64,000 nt of DNA from Bacilli bacterium (GTDB lineage: Bacteria > Bacillota_I > Bacilli_A > ML615J-28 > CAG-698): NCBI GenBank assembly GCA_050174575.1, contig JBFXJT010000007.1, positions 6,648 to 70,647 on the forward strand. The letters are read 5' to 3'. Positions 9,838 to 18,262 of this stretch are shown piece by piece. The position numbers and the translations under genes were made by a program. How positions within the stretch are numbered: position 1 is the stretch's first letter; each line of letters starts with the position of its first letter. Below the pieces are notes generated by a model that was not told the DNA's origin, did no database searches, and was given only the letters and a program-made list of their open reading frames with translations.

Positions 9838-10734
9838 TTATAAACTATTTTTCTTGAAAACAATGACGATATTTCCAGTCGATGTTTTAGCGGTAATATT
9901 TTTTGTTCCTTGTGGATTTAAAACTTGGCTGGCAATTTTTAATCCTTGATAAGTAATATCACCGGTGGAAACAGATACGTCAACACGATAATCATCTTCT
10001 TCTCCCAATAAGTCAATATAGACTGATCCGGTTGAAGTACTACTCGTAACGTCATCACTAGTTATATCATTTAAATCAATTGTTCCTGTTGATGATGTCC
10101 CAGATATTGTCGGAGCACTTACGACATTCATTTTGATTTTACCTGTTGAAGTGCTGGCTTTGATCTCTTGTGCTTGAATAGTGTCGAGATTAACCGATCC
10201 TGTTGCCGTTTGCGCCGTCAATTTGTTAATAATGGAACAATTGCTCACTGTTACATCACCGGTGGATGTTGTTAATTTTAAAGACGGAAGTTGCGTAAAA
10301 CCATCAATTTCTAACGAACCAGTATCTGTCTCGCCTACAATTAACCCATTATAGTTGACTGGAAGAACAACCTTAATTAGCGAAACCGCTTGACTTTTAT
10401 AACCCCAAATAAAGAATAATTGGCGACTTGTATTATCTAATGTTAATACTCCATCTACTAAAGAATAGCTAAAATAATCATATTCTGATTCATAATAGGT
10501 TAAGGTATATGTACTATCAAGTGATTCTTCAAAGATTATATTATGAGTTGATCCTTCAATATACACTTCAGTGATGGCTTCATTGCCTGTTTTTTGAACT
10601 AAAGTAAAATCGTCATCCCGTGAAAACGCTTCGTAAATGACTGTAATATCACCTTTTGTACCAATAAAACCCCAGGTTGCTAAACCAAATCCAACAACAA
10701 GGATGAGTATTAAGATTGTTTTGATTGTTTTCAT
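9838..10734 (-). CDS. DUF4097-type beta-helical repeat protein with N-terminal TM anchor
   Basis: About 8 repeats of (S/T)(S/T)TG(D/S/K/T/N)(V/I), e.g. TSTGDVTV, TATGSVNL, TSTGKIKM, SSTGTIDL, TSTGSVYI. Start moved to ATG 10734 (MKTIKTI, AGAGGAAAA upstream), directly after the DUF1700 stop. Confidence 0.7.
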   Translation of the reverse strand: MKTIKTILILILVVGFGLATWGFIGTKGDITVIYEAFSRDDDFTLVQKTGNEAITEVYIEGSTHNIIFEESLDSTYTLTYYESEYDYFSYSLVDGVLTLDNTSRQLFFIWGYKSQAVSLIKVVLPVNYNGLIVGETDTGSLEIDGFTQLPSLKLTTSTGDVTVSNCSIINKLTAQTATGSVNLDTIQAQEIKASTSTGKIKMNVVSAPTISGTSSTGTIDLNDITSDDVTSSTSTGSVYIDLLGEEDDYRVDVSVSTGDITYQGLKIASQVLNPQGTKNITAKTSTGNIVIVFKKNSL

Positions 10735-10735
10735 T

Positions 10736-11317
10736 TTATTTTTCCTCTGTTTTTCTTTTAATTCGTTTTGAAAAGTATGTATTAATGGCAGCAAGTGCTT
10801 TTTTCCCTAACTGGAATGTGACTAAAGACAAGTATCCAATCATAGCAAGAGCTATCATTGCAAGACCAATTGTTAATAATATGATTGGCAGTTGAACACC
10901 TGAAATAACCATGGATATCGCCATCGGAATTAAACTAACTAAAATAGCGACTGCCGATGCCACAAATGAAATCAGTAATGATAAAACAACTACAACTAAA
11001 GCAAAGGCAACTGCGCCAAGAGCGATGCCGATAGGAATTAAAATTGGCGAAGCACAAATACCCAAAATAATCCAAAAATTTTTGAGAGGGCTTGATGTTT
11101 GGTTGTTACTTCGGTTGATAACCAAATCAGCTGTTGTCTTACTTATAATGTTTTCGATAGTCCCGAATGATTCAATTGCTGCTTTTTCATCCAAGCCGTT
11201 TTCTTTTTTTTCTTCGATTAATTCGTCATAAAAGGCTATTATTCCGTCAACCTCTTCTTTTTTAAAAGCCTTTAACCGGCTTTTTAAAACCAATAAAAAT
11301 TCATTTTTGTTCATCAT
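10736..11317 (-). CDS. DUF1700-type membrane protein (PadR-associated)
   Basis: 193 aa. The soluble N-terminus MMNKNEFLLVLKSRLKAFKKEEVDGIIAFYDELIEE is typical of DUF1700. The C-terminal part is polytopic hydrophobic. The start overlaps the padR stop. Confidence 0.7.
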   Translation of the reverse strand: MMNKNEFLLVLKSRLKAFKKEEVDGIIAFYDELIEEKKENGLDEKAAIESFGTIENIISKTTADLVINRSNNQTSSPLKNFWIILGICASPILIPIGIALGAVAFALVVVVLSLLISFVASAVAILVSLIPMAISMVISGVQLPIILLTIGLAMIALAMIGYLSLVTFQLGKKALAAINTYFSKRIKRKTEEK

Positions 11318-11624
11318 TAAATCTCCCTTTTATAAATTGATAAACCTTATCGATATCCTGCCATTCATCCAAAAAATCTTTAATTTGTTTTTGACCTTGA
11401 GGCGTGATTTGGTAATATTTTCGCAATCTCCCCTGATGTTCTAAAGAATAAGACCGCAAATATTCAGCTTTCTCTAATCGACGTAAAATGGGGTACAATG
11501 TTGATTCAGAAACTTGAACCAAGGCTTGTGTATCTTGTAAAAGCTTATACCCATAACTATCATCTTCGATTAAAGACGCTAAGACGCAAATGTCTAATAA
11601 TCCCTTTTTTATTTGAGTTTTCAT
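11301..11624 (-). CDS. PadR family transcriptional regulator
   Basis: 107 aa winged-helix protein: LDICVLASLIEDDSYGYKLLQ...SESTLYPILRRLEKAEYLRS. Confidence 0.85.
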   Translation of the reverse strand: MKTQIKKGLLDICVLASLIEDDSYGYKLLQDTQALVQVSESTLYPILRRLEKAEYLRSYSLEHQGRLRKYYQITPQGQKQIKDFLDEWQDIDKVYQFIKGRFNDEQK

Positions 11625-11635
11625 TATATCACCTT

Positions 11636-11653
11636 ATGTATGGTATTATACAT
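11636..11653 (-). promoter_or_regulatory. inverted repeat ATGTAT-N6-ATACAT overlapping the padR -10 (candidate PadR operator)
   Basis: Perfect 6-bp arms at 11636-11641 and 11648-11653. PadR proteins typically bind ATGT/ACAT inverted repeats. Confidence 0.45.
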
Positions 11654-11673
11654 TACATAGTATTGATTGTCAA
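11645..11673 (-). promoter_or_regulatory. sigma-A type promoter of the padR operon
   Basis: On the minus strand: TTGACA (11668-11673), 17-nt spacer, TATAAT (11645-11650). Confidence 0.7.
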
Positions 11674-11704
11674 GCATATATGCAAAATATTTTTGTTTTA
11701 CATA

Positions 11705-11739
11705 TAAAAAACCTCCTATAAACAATAAAAGGAGGTTTT
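11705..11739 (-). terminator. intrinsic terminator after the LRR lipoprotein gene
   Basis: AAAACCTCCT ... AGGAGGTTTT forms a 10-bp stem, followed by TTATATG on the minus strand. Confidence 0.7.
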
Positions 11740-11752
11740 AATTAATAAATTG

Positions 11753-13435
11753 TCACTTTCTAATTTTTATATGGTCTACTAAATTGTCATGAAAAACATA
11801 CTTATTGTCAATTGGCATATCACCCCATCGACTTATACACTGATCATAAATTTCTTCATAAACGTAAATCGACAAATCTTCATTTAATTTTACATCAATT
11901 TTTTGTTGTTCATTCAAAATATTGGAAATATAAATAATAAAATTTCCGGAAAAAAGTCTTACTATTTCGCCTTGTCTTAAATCATAATAAACATGAACTA
12001 AGTTGTGGCACTGGATAAAAGCTCCTGTTTCAACGGATTTAATCGTTGAAGAAAGGTATATTGTCTCTAAATCAAAACAATTTGCGAAAGCGGAAGCTTT
12101 TATTGTTTCACAACCTTCACCAAAAACAATTTCCAATAGACAATCTACATTGTCAAAAGCTCCAGTACTGATCTCCTTTGATGAAATGGTTAACTTATTA
12201 ATTGATGCATAATTAAAAGTTTTTGTTAGAACGACTTTTGCAGCAATATTTGCTTGATTTATTTTTGCATTAAAAAAGGCAAATTCAGAAATAGTATCAA
12301 CATGATTCCCGATAATCAAATTATCAAACGTTCGGCCAGCACATGAATATTCGCCAATTTTGTAAAAAACTTGAAAATCAGTTATGTCTGCATTACTTAG
12401 AATTAAATGATTTTGATTGTTTTCATTTACTACCAAAGAACCTTCTATTACATTATAAATGCTTTCATTACTAACTGTCATATTTTTTAGAGGGCAGCCA
12501 ATAAAGGCTTCTGCATTAACAAGAAGATTAGTTCCAAAAAAAACATTATTTAAATTAGAACAATTGAAAAAGGCATTTCTACCAAAAACGATATTTTGGT
12601 TGGGGAAGTTAATTTCTAAAAGATTAATACAGTTACTAAAGGCATTATCACCTATTTCTTTCATATTTGAAGTAAAATCAATTTTCGTTAATCCTGAATT
12701 TTCAAAAGCTTGGCTATTGATTATTTCAAGTGTTTCAGGAAAATTGATACTCGTTAATGAAGTACATCCAAAAAAGCAATTCCTACCAATTTCAGTTAAT
12801 TGTAAGGGAAGAGTAACGTTTGTTAACTGTAAACAATCATAGAATAAGTAGTCAGGAATAGTTGTGAAATTGTTTAAAAAAGTTACAGATGATATATCCG
12901 TGCTAGCGAAAGAAGAATCGGAAACTTCTACATCTTCTAGAACAATATTGCCTGATAATTTTGTACTCTGATATGCTCCAATCCCAATAAACTTAATATT
13001 TTCTGGGAGATTAATGACCGCTTCATTGTCATAAAACGCTTCTTGGCCTATATATTCAACACTATCAGCAATATTTACATTAAGCAGACCACTTTCAAAA
13101 AAAGCTTGATCTTCAATGATTTTTAGTCCCTCTTCGATAGTAAGGGATTCAATCGGTAAATTAACATCAGCCCCCCAGATACCATGATTCATCTTAAAAG
13201 CTTCACTTTTGATGGTAGAGACTTGTTTATTATTATGATAGGCAGGGATAAGGATATCTTTTACATAAAGCCCCGAAAATCCAGTCACTGCATAAGTATC
13301 ATCATCTAGGAGTTCAAACTCTAAATAATCATGGGGATTGGTACTTTTACTATAGCGCCCACCACATGCTGTCAACATTGTCAACAAAAAAAATATACTA
13401 ATAAAAAATGTAAAAAATAAAGTGACTTTCTTCAT
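11753..13435 (-). CDS. BspA-type leucine-rich-repeat surface lipoprotein
   Basis: 560 aa. Signal peptide with lipobox LLTMLTAC-GG. Many approx 23-aa repeats of the form I(G/P)xxAFxxCxxLxxIxhPxxL, e.g. IGRNCFFGCTSLTSINFPETLEIINSQAFENSGLTKIDF. Confidence 0.75.
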   Translation of the reverse strand: MKKVTLFFTFFISIFFLLTMLTACGGRYSKSTNPHDYLEFELLDDDTYAVTGFSGLYVKDILIPAYHNNKQVSTIKSEAFKMNHGIWGADVNLPIESLTIEEGLKIIEDQAFFESGLLNVNIADSVEYIGQEAFYDNEAVINLPENIKFIGIGAYQSTKLSGNIVLEDVEVSDSSFASTDISSVTFLNNFTTIPDYLFYDCLQLTNVTLPLQLTEIGRNCFFGCTSLTSINFPETLEIINSQAFENSGLTKIDFTSNMKEIGDNAFSNCINLLEINFPNQNIVFGRNAFFNCSNLNNVFFGTNLLVNAEAFIGCPLKNMTVSNESIYNVIEGSLVVNENNQNHLILSNADITDFQVFYKIGEYSCAGRTFDNLIIGNHVDTISEFAFFNAKINQANIAAKVVLTKTFNYASINKLTISSKEISTGAFDNVDCLLEIVFGEGCETIKASAFANCFDLETIYLSSTIKSVETGAFIQCHNLVHVYYDLRQGEIVRLFSGNFIIYISNILNEQQKIDVKLNEDLSIYVYEEIYDQCISRWGDMPIDNKYVFHDNLVDHIKIRK

Positions 13436-13518
13436 TAAAAATAAACTCCAATACTTTGAGAAATTTTTATACTTTCGATTTTTATATCATAATTGTTTTT
13501 AATCCATTTTATTTTTTG

Positions 13519-13556
13519 AAAAAAAGCTTTAATACAAATTAATTTTGCATTAAAGC
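13519..13556 (-). terminator. hairpin plus T-run after tRNA-Val
   Basis: Minus strand reads GCTTTAAT-(15 nt loop)-ATTAAAGC followed by TTTTTTTC. Confidence 0.5.
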
Positions 13557-13569
13557 GTTTGTCTCTAAA

Positions 13570-13644
13570 TGGTGGAATCAGAGGGGTTTGAACCCACGAC
13601 CCCTTGCACGTCAAGCAAGTGCTCTCCCGCTGAGCTATGATTCC
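13570..13644 (-). tRNA. tRNA-Val (anticodon GAC)
   Basis: Minus strand reads GGAATCATAGCTCAGCGGGAGAGCACTTGCTTGACGTGCAAGGGGTCGTGGGTTCAAACCCCTCTGATTCCACCA. Acceptor GGAATCA/TGATTCC, anticodon loop TTGACGT, T-loop GGTTCAAAC, encoded CCA. Confidence 0.9.
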
Positions 13645-13654
13645 AAGCAAAGTA

Positions 13655-13683
13655 ATTATACTAAAATGAAAAGCAAATTGCAA
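13655..13683 (-). promoter_or_regulatory. promoter for tRNA-Val
   Basis: On the minus strand: TTGCAA (13678-13683), 17 nt, TATAAT (13655-13660). It ends about 10 nt upstream of the tRNA 5' end. Confidence 0.6.
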
Positions 13684-13703
13684 TCCTAATTTAATTACTC
13701 ATC

Positions 13704-13727
13704 AAAAAATGGCACCTTTTGGTGCCA
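13704..13727 (-). terminator. intrinsic terminator ending the lysine operon
   Basis: Minus strand reads TGGCACC-AAAA-GGTGCCA followed by TTTTTTGATG, 5 nt after the kamE stop. Confidence 0.75.
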
Positions 13728-13731
13728 CTTT

Positions 13732-14469
13732 CTATTCATTCAATTGCTTTCTTCTAATTAATTCTAAAACAGCAAAAGATGCTACATCTTCGGCATATTT
13801 CTTTTGACCGAATCCAGCATCATACCCCAATTCTTTTGCAAGTTCATGAGTTATTCTGGCTCCTCCGGCAATCAAAAGGACTTGATCTCTAATCCCTTCC
13901 GCTTCTAACATTTCCACAAGTTCTAATAAATTTTTCAAATGAACGTCTTTTTGTGTTACTGTTTGGCTAACAAGCAAAACATCCGCTTTAACTTCTTTAG
14001 CTTTTTTCACAAAAGCTTCATTGGAAACTTGACTACCTAAATTGTAAGTTTTGATGTTTTTATAGCGTTCTAAACCATAATGACCAGCAAAACCCTTCAT
14101 GTTCATAATGGCATCGATCCCAACAGTATGGGCATCAGTTCCTGTAGAAGCACCAATAAAAACAATTTCTCTTTTCAATTCGTTTTCAATCATTATTTCT
14201 ATTTCTTCTTTTGTATAAGTCGGAGTTGTGACATCACTAACATGAATAAGATTAGGATCAACAGAAAAAGGAATGGATCCATAAATAACATAAAAGCTAA
14301 AATTATCGCCCAAGGTCTCAGCTGCAACAACTTGAGGATCAATCAAACCCATTTGTTTTGCAAGAGACTTAGCGCATTCAATTCCTAGCGTGTTATTAAC
14401 AAGCGGTAAAGAAAAACTTATTTGGACTTTACCATCATTTGATGTATCGCCATAAGGTTTAATCAACAT
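13732..14469 (-). CDS. kamE: lysine 5,6-aminomutase beta (B12-binding) subunit
   Basis: 245 aa. Cobalamin-binding Rossmann domain with the base-off His motif STGTDAHTVGIDAIM and ...LLIAGGA. Overlaps kamD by 11 nt. Confidence 0.85.
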   Translation of the reverse strand: MLIKPYGDTSNDGKVQISFSLPLVNNTLGIECAKSLAKQMGLIDPQVVAAETLGDNFSFYVIYGSIPFSVDPNLIHVSDVTTPTYTKEEIEIMIENELKREIVFIGASTGTDAHTVGIDAIMNMKGFAGHYGLERYKNIKTYNLGSQVSNEAFVKKAKEVKADVLLVSQTVTQKDVHLKNLLELVEMLEAEGIRDQVLLIAGGARITHELAKELGYDAGFGQKKYAEDVASFAVLELIRRKQLNE

Positions 14470-16015
14470 GTTCTTCCTCCTCTAAAGCATCCATAACAAC
14501 ATTAACATAATTGTGGTGCTTTAAAAAAACGCCTTCTAATCCTTTTCCTCCAGTAAAACTGCGTTTGATGTCCGCAAATACGCCGTTTTCTAAAGCTTTG
14601 AATAGCGACATTTGTTCGATTTCTTGCAATAATTGATGAGCTTCGTTCAAAACATTTTTAGCTCTTTTTGCCATGATTCCATTTTGTTTATATTCAATTT
14701 CATCACCGAATGACTTCATCGAATTAGCAATCAATTTTGCATTTTCAATTGCTAAGTAGCGATCAGACATAAATGGTGTATGAATGGCTTCCGTCATCAT
14801 CCCCAACAGATGAATTGATTGATTAGAGATGATTGTTGCCATATTGAACATTGTGTTTTGCATATAAGCTCGGAAAATATTCCCAGTTATATGTTTTGTT
14901 GGTGGCATATATTTTAAAGGAGCCTCAGGGAAAATTTCTCTAGCCATTTGAGCTTGGGCTAATTCATACAAAAAACTATTTTCAATTGTCGGATCAATTT
15001 CAAAAGCATGGCCTAAACCCATTAAATTTTTTGGGAGGTGAGCTTTTATGGCGAATTGTTCATTAATAAATTGTGAAGCTAAAACGGTATGAGCTTGCGA
15101 ATAGGCATCAGCTGTTGTTAAGTAATTATCTTCACCGGTATTAATGATGATTCCCGCTAAAGCATTAATCCTTCTTGAAAAATTTTGATCAATTAGCGTT
15201 CTTTGCATATTAATATCACGGAAAATTATGCCATAAAGACTATCATTGAGTAAAACGTCGAGCCTTTCCAAAGCAGCCATTGCGGCGATTTCCGGCATAC
15301 ATAAACCCGATGCATAATTGACTAATTTTATATACCTTTTTTCCTGATGAGAAACCTGATCAAGTGCTTCACGCATAATGCGAAAGTTTTCTTGGGTGGC
15401 ATAAGTTCCGCCAAATCCCTCAGTTGTCGCCCCAAAAGGAACAAAATCTAATAAAGACTGCCCTGTTGACCTAATAACGGCAATAATATCAGCACCAGCC
15501 TTGGCAGCAGCTTTAGCTTGGATGACATCTTCATAGATGTTACCCGTTGCTACAATAACATAAATTTCAGTTGCTTTAGGTGGATATAGAGTAAACAAAG
15601 CTGCTCTTTTTTGTTTGTTTTGTTTAATTTTTTCTATTTGTTTTTGAACATATGGCTGTAAACTTAATTTAATATTTTTAGGAGATGCTAACGGAAAATC
15701 CGTTAATTTCATATCACCATTTAGGACGCTAGCCACCAAATCATTTAATGTTTTTTTAGTAGCAATCAAGGCACTCCCTAGATAACTGGAAACACCCAAA
15801 GTCAAATCGCCACTTTCTTTAACTTGGTTGACTAGTACATTAGGGATTGGCACGTCGAAGTCATCGACGCCATCAATTCCTAATAATCGAACAACAGTCC
15901 GCTCAATGGCAACGGTCGTGCGTTCGTTGATAAAGTTCTGAACATCATCAGCAATATGCAAGGCACATTGGCGACATTCATTGATAATATTTTGATCTAA
16001 ATGGAATTTATTCAT
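14459..16015 (-). CDS. kamD: lysine 5,6-aminomutase alpha (large) subunit
   Basis: 518 aa. Size, position immediately upstream of kamE and the operon context with kamA/kdd/kce support the call. Sequence-level recognition by eye is weaker. Confidence 0.8.
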   Translation of the reverse strand: MNKFHLDQNIINECRQCALHIADDVQNFINERTTVAIERTVVRLLGIDGVDDFDVPIPNVLVNQVKESGDLTLGVSSYLGSALIATKKTLNDLVASVLNGDMKLTDFPLASPKNIKLSLQPYVQKQIEKIKQNKQKRAALFTLYPPKATEIYVIVATGNIYEDVIQAKAAAKAGADIIAVIRSTGQSLLDFVPFGATTEGFGGTYATQENFRIMREALDQVSHQEKRYIKLVNYASGLCMPEIAAMAALERLDVLLNDSLYGIIFRDINMQRTLIDQNFSRRINALAGIIINTGEDNYLTTADAYSQAHTVLASQFINEQFAIKAHLPKNLMGLGHAFEIDPTIENSFLYELAQAQMAREIFPEAPLKYMPPTKHITGNIFRAYMQNTMFNMATIISNQSIHLLGMMTEAIHTPFMSDRYLAIENAKLIANSMKSFGDEIEYKQNGIMAKRAKNVLNEAHQLLQEIEQMSLFKALENGVFADIKRSFTGGKGLEGVFLKHHNYVNVVMDALEEEEHVD

Positions 16016-16016
16016 A

Positions 16017-17015
16017 TTAATTACTCTTTTCTAAAACATCGTATATCGGTAAAGTTATTCTATCTTCTATTTTATTACGAAAATTTGCTAAAGAAATGAC
16101 ATTTCCAGTAGGAGAGAATGGATTAAAAGTTAAGGCAACAAGATTTATTGGTTGAAGTACAAAAATTTTTTGTTTTAAAAGCAACAAATGTTTTAACAAA
16201 ATATCATCAGCTAATAAATGTGTAGGACTATTAACGATTAAATCACAATTTAAGTTTTGACGATTGTCAATTAAGGCTTTTAAAAATGATGGACTAACCG
16301 CTTTAGGAACATATACATAACGAATATTTTGCTTAATTTGGGAAATTATGTCTGCTCCACAATCTAGTGTTGTCGTTCTTTTTAAGAATGACATTTTATT
16401 TTGATCATCAATTAAAACAATGTCATCCCATTCTTTTAAGTCAAGTGTCCCATTATATTTTGGCAAATTGAATAATTTGATGGTGTTTAAAGTATGTAGA
16501 ACAATTTTGTCAAGTTGATAGGAAAAACTAGAACCAACACAAAAAATCGTGGCATCACAAATTTGTGCAAGGGTTGTTCGGGAAAAAGCTCCATCAATCA
16601 ATATTTTTTGACATTCATATTCTTTTAATTTATCAATAATCATCCGCATTGATTGAATTGTCGATGGTCCCCCAACAAGACAGTTGCCGGCTTTGGTAAT
16701 TTTGATTAACACAATGGGACCTAATGCGGTCACAATCTTTGTTTCTTCGATAATGTCATATTGGGCTTCACATTCATCCAAACAATTTTTAGCGGTTGCA
16801 ACAATGGTGTTTGTGGAAGTAAAAATCCTTGGTTTCGGCAAGAAAGTGATTTGATCAATTTTTTCGCCATCAAGGCCAATAGAAGAAATACCCGTTGTAA
16901 TCGATTGATATTGTGTTAACAAAAAATTTAAAACTGTTGTTTTCCCTGCATTTTTTGCATTGCCAACTGTACAAATTACTTGATAATCTTCAAGTAATGA
17001 AGTTAATGCTTTAAT
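16017..17015 (-). CDS. P-loop NTPase between kamA and kamDE (putative aminomutase-associated/reactivase-like ATPase); start codon unresolved
   Basis: The track ORF starts at TTG 16922. The same frame stays open up to 17078 and encodes a Walker A motif (YQVICTVGNAKNAGKTTVLNF) upstream of that TTG. There is no ATG, GTG, TTG or CTG in that stretch. ATT at 17015 is the best candidate start. Confidence 0.55.
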   Translation of the reverse strand: MKALTSLLEDYQVICTVGNAKNAGKTTVLNFLLTQYQSITTGISSIGLDGEKIDQITFLPKPRIFTSTNTIVATAKNCLDECEAQYDIIEETKIVTALGPIVLIKITKAGNCLVGGPSTIQSMRMIIDKLKEYECQKILIDGAFSRTTLAQICDATIFCVGSSFSYQLDKIVLHTLNTIKLFNLPKYNGTLDLKEWDDIVLIDDQNKMSFLKRTTTLDCGADIISQIKQNIRYVYVPKAVSPSFLKALIDNRQNLNCDLIVNSPTHLLADDILLKHLLLLKQKIFVLQPINLVALTFNPFSPTGNVISLANFRNKIEDRITLPIYDVLEKSN

Positions 17016-18259
17016 GCTCGTTCTCGTCTTTCTAAATGTTTGGGTTCGATTGCTCTTTGTTTGCCGGCAAGTAATCCACTAACACCTTCAGCTTCTTTAC
17101 TAGTACTGCAATTTGGATTTTCATGATAATCAGTTGGTTCATTGTAAGTGGTAATAACACCTTCATAATTTCTCAAAACAACTTTTCCCGGTGCTTGTGA
17201 AATTACATAGTTAGGCATAACGGGGATTTTACCTCCACCACCAGGAGCATCAACGACAAATGTCGGAACGCATAACCCACTAATGTGACCACGTAAACCT
17301 TCGATAATTTCAATACCTTTACTAATTGGTGTTCGGAAATGCTCAATACCAAGAGAAAGATCACATTGGTATAAATAGTATGGGCGAACACGCATTTGCA
17401 CTAAGCACGTGCATAATTTTCGCATTGTATCGACACAGTCATTAACGCCTCTTAAAAGAACACTTTGATTTCCCAAAGGAATTCCGGCATCAGCCATTTT
17501 CGCAATAGCCTTGGCACTTTCTTCAGTTATTTCATCATAATGGTTAAAATGAGTATTTACCCAAATAGGATGATATTTTTTTAACATTGAAACAAGTTCG
17601 TCCGTAATTCTTTGAGGCATAACAACGGGTGTCCTTGTGCCAATGCGGATAATTTCTACATGGTCAATTGCTCTTAAACGAGAAATGATTGATTCCAATT
17701 TCGCATCACTCATTAATAAAGCATCACCACCGGATAACAAGACATCTCGAACAGCAGGTGTTTTGCGAATATACTCAATTGCTTGTTCAATGCGATCACT
17801 TGGTAAATCATGGTCTGTTTGTCCTGCAAAACGTCTTCTTGTACAATGACGGCAATACATACTACACATATCCGTAATCAAAAACAAAACACGGTCAGGA
17901 TAACGATGTGTTAATCCAGGTACAGGTGAATCCTTATCTTCATCAAGCGGATCAACAAGATCGTTCTTGCCAATGATCATTTCATTAATGCTCGGGATAG
18001 CCTGTTTTCTAATTGGGCAATCAACGTTGTCTGGATCGATTAAACACAAAAAATAAGGTGTAATGGCCATCCGAAAACGTGATAGTACTTCAGTAATCTG
18101 TTGTTCTTCTTCGCTCGTTAAATTGATATATTTTTTAAGTTGCAAGACATCGGTAATCCGGTTTCGAACCTGCCAATGCCAGTCTTGCCAATCTGTTGAA
18201 GAGACATTAGGAAAATACTTTTGTTTTCTTTCTAAATATCTTTCATTTACTATTAACAT
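17003..18259 (-). CDS. kamA: L-lysine 2,3-aminomutase (radical SAM)
   Basis: 418 aa. Radical-SAM cluster motif CSMYCRHCTRR and a KamA-type N-terminal region (WQDWHWQVRNRI). AAGGAG RBS. Confidence 0.95.
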   Translation of the reverse strand: MLIVNERYLERKQKYFPNVSSTDWQDWHWQVRNRITDVLQLKKYINLTSEEEQQITEVLSRFRMAITPYFLCLIDPDNVDCPIRKQAIPSINEMIIGKNDLVDPLDEDKDSPVPGLTHRYPDRVLFLITDMCSMYCRHCTRRRFAGQTDHDLPSDRIEQAIEYIRKTPAVRDVLLSGGDALLMSDAKLESIISRLRAIDHVEIIRIGTRTPVVMPQRITDELVSMLKKYHPIWVNTHFNHYDEITEESAKAIAKMADAGIPLGNQSVLLRGVNDCVDTMRKLCTCLVQMRVRPYYLYQCDLSLGIEHFRTPISKGIEIIEGLRGHISGLCVPTFVVDAPGGGGKIPVMPNYVISQAPGKVVLRNYEGVITTYNEPTDYHENPNCSTSKEAEGVSGLLAGKQRAIEPKHLERRERALKH

Positions 18260-18262
18260 AAT

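Noticed and set aside
12459-12842. 127-aa plus-strand ORF, plus similar antisense ORFs at 10911-11231, 22878-23204, 49177-49512, 50452-50826, 42245-42529 and 43350-43616
   Set aside because: All lie fully inside well-supported minus-strand genes. They lack RBSs and have odd composition, so they are typical shadow ORFs of AT-rich codon usage.
13435-13683. 82-aa ORF from the track
   Set aside because: It is laid over tRNA-Val, its promoter and its terminator. It has no RBS and a low-complexity sequence, so it is a spurious ORF.
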